From Pseudomonadota bacterium (GTDB lineage Bacteria; Bdellovibrionota; FAC87; UBA2466): a stretch of DNA of 19,544 nucleotides. Below the pieces are notes generated by a model. The model was not told the DNA's origin and did no database searches. It worked only from the letters and a program-made list of their open reading frames with translations. The translations under genes and the position numbers were made by a program. The stretch spans positions 1-19,544 of the forward strand of contig JAYSWN010000193.1 of the NCBI GenBank assembly GCA_043718025.1, written 5' to 3'. The stretch's first letter is position 1, and each line of letters starts with the position of its first letter. Shown here piece by piece: positions 15,320-19,544 of this stretch.

Positions 15320-16198
15320 ATGAGACTTCCTGATTTCCCCCACCTTGGTTTTGGAGTCGGCTTTCGCCACCATTACTCCGATTTTTTTTCGCAAAACCGA
15401 CCCGCCAAAATTGATTGGGTGGAAGCCATCACCGAAAATTATCTCCCTTGGGAAGACGGCACCTGGGTACGCCCCATCGAAATGCTCGAAAAGGTTCGGG
15501 CGCACACTCCGGTCGCGCTTCACGGCGTCTCACTTTCAATTGGTTCCGAAGAGCCTTTAAACGAGAGCTACTTATGGCGTTGGAAAGAGCTAGTTGACCG
15601 GATTGAGCCGGCTTGGATTTCTGACCACCTCTGCTGGACAGGTAGCAGTGCGCACAACGCCCACGACTTACTCCCTCTGCCATATACCACCGAGACCCTA
15701 GCTCTTCTCGTCGACAAAGTGACGCGCATACAAGATTTTATGGGCCGCAGGCTCATGCTCGAAAATGTCTCCAGTTACGTAGAATTCAAGCACGCTGAGT
15801 ACACCGAGTGGGATTTTCTTGCTGCCTTGGCCAGCAAAGCCGACTGCGGTCTGCTACTCGATGTGAACAACATATACGTAAGCTCGATTAATCACGGCTT
15901 TGACCCGATGACCTATTTGCGGGCAATTCCCAAAAAACGAGTGGGGCAGATCCACCTTGCCGGTCATCGAAACAAAGGCACCTACTGCATCGACACGCAC
16001 GACGAACCGGTGTGTGATAACGTTTGGAATCTTTACCGTTGGGCGTGGCAACATTTTGGTCCAGTTAGTACGATGATCGAACGCGATGATCGTTATCCTG
16101 AGTGGAACGAGCTTGCCCAAGAGGTAGACCGGGCAAGAAACTTAGCCAAAGAACCGAATGCCAAACTTAAACCTAAAGACACTTCAGCAACGCTTTAG
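15320..16198 (+). CDS. DUF692 multinuclear non-heme iron-dependent oxidative enzyme (MNIO; BufB/HvfB-like maturase)
   Basis: GFGVGFR, WVEAITENY, LHGVSLSIG, WISDHLCW, DLLPLPY, LENVSSY, LLDVNNIY, QIHLAGH, IDTHD and MIERDD are the conserved DUF692 iron-ligand motifs. The start is placed at 15320 because the track start 15275 runs through the hairpin. Confidence 0.96.
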   Translation: MRLPDFPHLGFGVGFRHHYSDFFSQNRPAKIDWVEAITENYLPWEDGTWVRPIEMLEKVRAHTPVALHGVSLSIGSEEPLNESYLWRWKELVDRIEPAWISDHLCWTGSSAHNAHDLLPLPYTTETLALLVDKVTRIQDFMGRRLMLENVSSYVEFKHAEYTEWDFLAALASKADCGLLLDVNNIYVSSINHGFDPMTYLRAIPKKRVGQIHLAGHRNKGTYCIDTHDEPVCDNVWNLYRWAWQHFGPVSTMIERDDRYPEWNELAQEVDRARNLAKEPNAKLKPKDTSATL

Positions 16199-16934
16199 AA
16201 AAGCGGTAACTGAACAAGGCGCCAGGCAGAGCCCAGCTTGGCTTGGGGTCAAAGACACGGCCCCTATCCCATACCAACGCCGCCTCGATATTTACCAATT
16301 CGCTTACTTCGCCCGCATCCACGAATCCCTAGCCGATGACTTCGAAGAGCTCAAGAAATTGGTCGGAGACAAGAACTTTGAAAAAATTTGCCGCCTCTAT
16401 CTAACAAAATACCCTTCTCGTTACGCCAGCCTTTCGGAACTTGGACGCCGGTTACCGCAATTCTTATTGGAAGAAAGGCCTTGGGCGGCCAAACCCTATT
16501 TAAGCGCGTTAGCCGCTTTCGAATGGGAAGTTTTTTTGGCCACCGTAACCGCCAACCCAAAACTGCACAGCCCCAGTGGGGAGAGCGCCACGAATGCTGC
16601 CCAATTTTTTTTTCTCCATCCCGCCGTTCGCCTCTTTGAATCGATTTGGGAAGTAGATCGAATAAAAAAAAGGGAAAAGAAAATCCCCAAAGGGAAAAGC
16701 AAATTATTCTGGGTTATTCATCGACAAGGGCACGACATTTACTGGTACCGCATCTCAGCCGTTCAACATGAGGTGCTCACTCTGTTGTTTAAGGGGCACG
16801 CAACCGACAGCCTGGTAGCGACCTTCGAAAAGCGGAAAGTCTCTCAACGCCAAGCTTCGGTCTGGTTCAAACTCTGGGCAGAAAACAACATTATTACGGG
16901 GTTCCAGAATGCGCAGACTGCATCGTCAACTTAG
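16158..16934 (+). CDS. DUF2063-containing MNIO partner protein (BufC/HvfC-like)
   Basis: LKTLQQRF...RRLDIYQFAYFARIHESLADDF...LVG...F...YP S...L...G..LPQFL...LAAFEW...FLHPAVRL is the DUF2063 pattern. It overlaps the MNIO gene by 41 bp. Confidence 0.9.
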   Translation: MPNLNLKTLQQRFRKAVTEQGARQSPAWLGVKDTAPIPYQRRLDIYQFAYFARIHESLADDFEELKKLVGDKNFEKICRLYLTKYPSRYASLSELGRRLPQFLLEERPWAAKPYLSALAAFEWEVFLATVTANPKLHSPSGESATNAAQFFFLHPAVRLFESIWEVDRIKKREKKIPKGKSKLFWVIHRQGHDIYWYRISAVQHEVLTLLFKGHATDSLVATFEKRKVSQRQASVWFKLWAENNIITGFQNAQTASST

Positions 16935-18699
16935 TTTTATCGCACTACTGCCGTTCCTGGTTCTGTCTTCTGCGGCAAATGCAAAATTGAATTGGCAAGG
17001 CTGGTCAAACGAGGCCTTCGCAAAGGCAAAAGCCGAAAACAAGTTGGTGATCTTAGATCTTGAAGCCATTTGGTGTCACTGGTGCCACGTAATGGAGGAA
17101 AAGACTTACTCCGATTCAGCAATCGTTAAAATCCTCGAAGAAAAATTTGTGCTCTTACGCGTCGATCAAGATTCACGGCCAGACCTTTCTCAGCGCTATT
17201 CTGATTATGGTTGGCCAGCCACCATTATTTTTGATGGCGCGGGCCGCGAGCTCGCGAAACGGGCCGGTTTCATTTCGCCAGAAAAATTTCTTGCTCTCAT
17301 CAAAAAGTTGGTGGCAAACCCTATCCCCGAAGAGATCGGAATTGACGAGAAACCCGAAGTTCCAAAAAGCCCTTTCTTATCCGAAGAGCTTAAAAAGAAG
17401 CTAAAAGACCTGCACCTTAAACAATACGATAGCAAGAATGGCGGCTGGGGTCGTATTCACAAGTTTATTTTTGGTCCGAGCGAAGAGCTGGCGTTAAGTG
17501 ATTCGCGAAAAGGTGACAAGAGAAGCGCTAAGATGATGGTCACCACCTTAGCCCAGGCCAAAAAGATCATCGACCCCGTGTGGGGAGGTGCCTACCAGTA
17601 CTCGGTAGAAGACTGGGAAGAGCCTCACTTCGAAAAAATTGCGCTCAGCCAACTAAAGTTTCTGCAGACTTACGCGCTAGCCGCACGACAAAGTAAAAAC
17701 CCCGACTACCTTCAGGCCGCAAACAACATCAAAAAATTTCTAGTCGGTTTCTTGTTAGCCCCCGAGAAAGCCTTCTACACCAGCATGGACGCCGATTTGG
17801 TTAAGGGCACCCACAGCGAAGAGTATTTTAAGCTAGATGATAAATCACGCCGAGCTAAAGGGGTGCCCGCAATCGATAGAAACCTCTACGCGCGCGAAAA
17901 TGGCTGGTACACGCAAGGGCTGCTGTCACTCTACTGCGCCAGCGGTAGTGAGGAAGACCTGAGCCTCGCTAAAAATGCCGCGTCATGGGCGATAAAAAAT
18001 CGCGGGCGAAAAGACGGGGGGTTCAACCATGCCACTACGGATGCCGCTGGACCATACCTGGGCGATAGCCTGGAAATGGGGGCCGCTCTATTAGCTCTGT
18101 ACGAAAGCACGGGCGATAGACAATGGCTCAGTAATTCGCGGGCGGCCGCCACCTTTATTTCTAAAATGTTTTCGGTCGAAGTGGACGGCAAAGGATTCGG
18201 TTTTAAAACCACGGCCTCACTTTTATTACCTAACCAAAAGCCAGACTATGATCGCACGGAAAACGTGCGCCTAGTCCGGTTTACGAATCGACTGTTTCAT
18301 TACACCGGTGATGAGCTTTTTAAAAAGATGGCCGAACAGGGAATGCGTTACCTCGTGCAACCCAAACTGGCCTCCGAGCTTCCCACCGCCGGCACTTTAT
18401 TAGCCGACGACGAACTGATTCGGCCACCGTTACACATTACAATCGTAGGTGCGAAAACTGATCCCAATGCCAAGGAGCTTTTTTCCGCGGCCCTGGCCTA
18501 CCCAGCCACCTTTAGGCGAATTGAGTGGTGGGATAAAAGCGAAGGAGAACTTCCGCGCAAAGACGTGAACTATCCCACTCTGTCTAAGGCGGCGCTGTTC
18601 GTATGTACAGAAGGGCGCTGCTCACTGCCGATGTTTGACCCATCGACAGTGGCAGCTAAGATTAATGCGTTGTTAAAGGTGAATGCCGCCGAACTTTAA
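16909..18699 (+). CDS. Secreted DUF255 thioredoxin-domain protein (YyaL/SPATA20-like, C-terminal alpha/alpha barrel)
   Basis: Signal peptide ending SAANA, followed by NWQGWSNEAFAKAKAENKLVIL, WCHWCHVME (CxxC), VDQDSRPDL, GWPAT, DPVWGG..QYS..DW..PHFEK, FYTSMDAD and a C-terminal VCTEGRCSLP. It overlaps the upstream gene by 26 bp. Confidence 0.9.
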   Translation: MRRLHRQLSFIALLPFLVLSSAANAKLNWQGWSNEAFAKAKAENKLVILDLEAIWCHWCHVMEEKTYSDSAIVKILEEKFVLLRVDQDSRPDLSQRYSDYGWPATIIFDGAGRELAKRAGFISPEKFLALIKKLVANPIPEEIGIDEKPEVPKSPFLSEELKKKLKDLHLKQYDSKNGGWGRIHKFIFGPSEELALSDSRKGDKRSAKMMVTTLAQAKKIIDPVWGGAYQYSVEDWEEPHFEKIALSQLKFLQTYALAARQSKNPDYLQAANNIKKFLVGFLLAPEKAFYTSMDADLVKGTHSEEYFKLDDKSRRAKGVPAIDRNLYARENGWYTQGLLSLYCASGSEEDLSLAKNAASWAIKNRGRKDGGFNHATTDAAGPYLGDSLEMGAALLALYESTGDRQWLSNSRAAATFISKMFSVEVDGKGFGFKTTASLLLPNQKPDYDRTENVRLVRFTNRLFHYTGDELFKKMAEQGMRYLVQPKLASELPTAGTLLADDELIRPPLHITIVGAKTDPNAKELFSAALAYPATFRRIEWWDKSEGELPRKDVNYPTLSKAALFVCTEGRCSLPMFDPSTVAAKINALLKVNAAEL

Positions 18700-19544
18700 G
18701 CCCGCTCTTCGATCCACAAATTGCATAGGCTCGCGTACGTTTCCGCAATTTTTTCGGCAGCCTGATCACGCGTCATCCGGTTTTCGCGAAACGCTTTGAG
18801 CGGTTCCCAAAATACCGTTCGGCCCACCGCAAAACCAATTACGCCCTTCACGTTGGCGCCAACTTTAAGCCATTCGCGAACCTTCTGTTCGTTTTCGCCG
18901 CGGCCCAACACAATGCAACCCACCTGCTCACGACCGCCATCGGTGGCCGCTTTACAAACCGCTTCAAAATCAACCGTGCGATCTAACCCTTCGAGTTTCC
19001 AGATATCGGCTTCAATTCCGGCTTTCTGAATTTCGTGGATGGCTTGAATCATCAACCGCGGCCGCACTTCAACGTCGTACATTTTTTTGTCGCCGTTGCA
19101 TTTTTCAAGCTGGCCCGCGGTCGCCGGAACCAAGAGCTCGAACATAAATTTGCGATTCGTCTTTTCTAAAAATCGCGATAACTCGGCAAGCCGGGTGGTT
19201 TGCCGGACGTTGCCCGCTTTTTCGCCTTCGGGATTATAGCGAACCAGCACTTTAATAATCTGTGGGTTCACCGCATCGATATGCTGCTGCCAGTCAGTGT
19301 ATTCAAAGTCGAATTCGTCTTGCCCACTTTTTTCTACGCAGATGCATAGAGTCACACCGTCTTTGCGGGCCTTCTCAATCACCTCGGCCCCAAATTGTTC
19401 ATCAACCAAAACGCTCATTTTGGCTTTGGGCAAACCCTTCGCCAGAGCTTTCGTAAAGCCTTCGTAGATCAGCGTTTTGTAGGAGCTGATCATTTTTACT
19501 TGTTCCGGAGTGGGCTTACCAAAAATCCCAAACATCTTTTCTTG
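18696..19544 (-). CDS. DUF2090 family class I aldolase-like protein (IolC C-terminal/LacD-like); 5' end lies beyond the window
   Basis: YKTLIYEGF, VLVDEQFG, VEKSGQDEFDFEY, KVLVRYNP, FMFELLVP, DIWKLEG, CIVLGRG and GFAVGRTVF. The frame stays open to the window edge (…QEK-MFG), so ATG 19535 is probably internal. Confidence 0.85.
   Translation of the reverse strand, partial: QEKMFGIFGKPTPEQVKMISSYKTLIYEGFTKALAKGLPKAKMSVLVDEQFGAEVIEKARKDGVTLCICVEKSGQDEFDFEYTDWQQHIDAVNPQIIKVLVRYNPEGEKAGNVRQTTRLAELSRFLEKTNRKFMFELLVPATAGQLEKCNGDKKMYDVEVRPRLMIQAIHEIQKAGIEADIWKLEGLDRTVDFEAVCKAATDGGREQVGCIVLGRGENEQKVREWLKVGANVKGVIGFAVGRTVFWEPLKAFRENRMTRDQAAEKIAETYASLCNLWIEERA

Noticed and set aside
482..19456. Numerous 60-125 aa ORFs nested in or antisense to the called genes
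   Set aside because: They overlap well-supported CDSs and show no independent motifs.
1..19544. CRISPR array, rRNA or riboswitch
   Set aside because: No regularly spaced repeats or recognisable structured-RNA signatures were seen by eye; a covariance-model (Rfam) search was not possible.

Overview
Bacterial chromosomal window with about 18 protein-coding genes, tightly packed. The gene content is reminiscent of a diderm Bdellovibrionota/delta-proteobacterial-type organism, but this is inference only. The left edge holds the start of an IS3-family-like transposase (minus strand, truncated by the window) next to an orphan tRNA 3'-end fragment, which looks like the right boundary (att scar) of an integrated element. 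Next come an M28 lipoprotein peptidase, a possibly exported nucleoside-deoxyribosyltransferase-like/Nudix fusion divergent from a Crp/Fnr regulator, and a four-gene surface-glycan module (SAM methyltransferase, GT2, nucleotidyltransferase-kinase fusion, polytopic GT-C-like protein). These are followed by a Tat-exported His-rich lipoprotein, a POTRA-less Omp85 barrel, a sterol-desaturase-family enzyme, an ABC-2 exporter pair and prfC. The highlight is a compact MNIO (DUF692) RiPP operon at 14986-18699. It encodes a secreted 94-aa precursor with four K-x-x-C-x-G/A motifs, an internal terminator abutting the MNIO start codon, the DUF692 enzyme, a DUF2063 partner and a secreted DUF255 thioredoxin/YyaL-like protein, with no DoxX or ECF sigma genes adjacent. 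The window ends within a DUF2090 aldolase-like gene. All family assignments come from motif recognition by eye; no database search was run.
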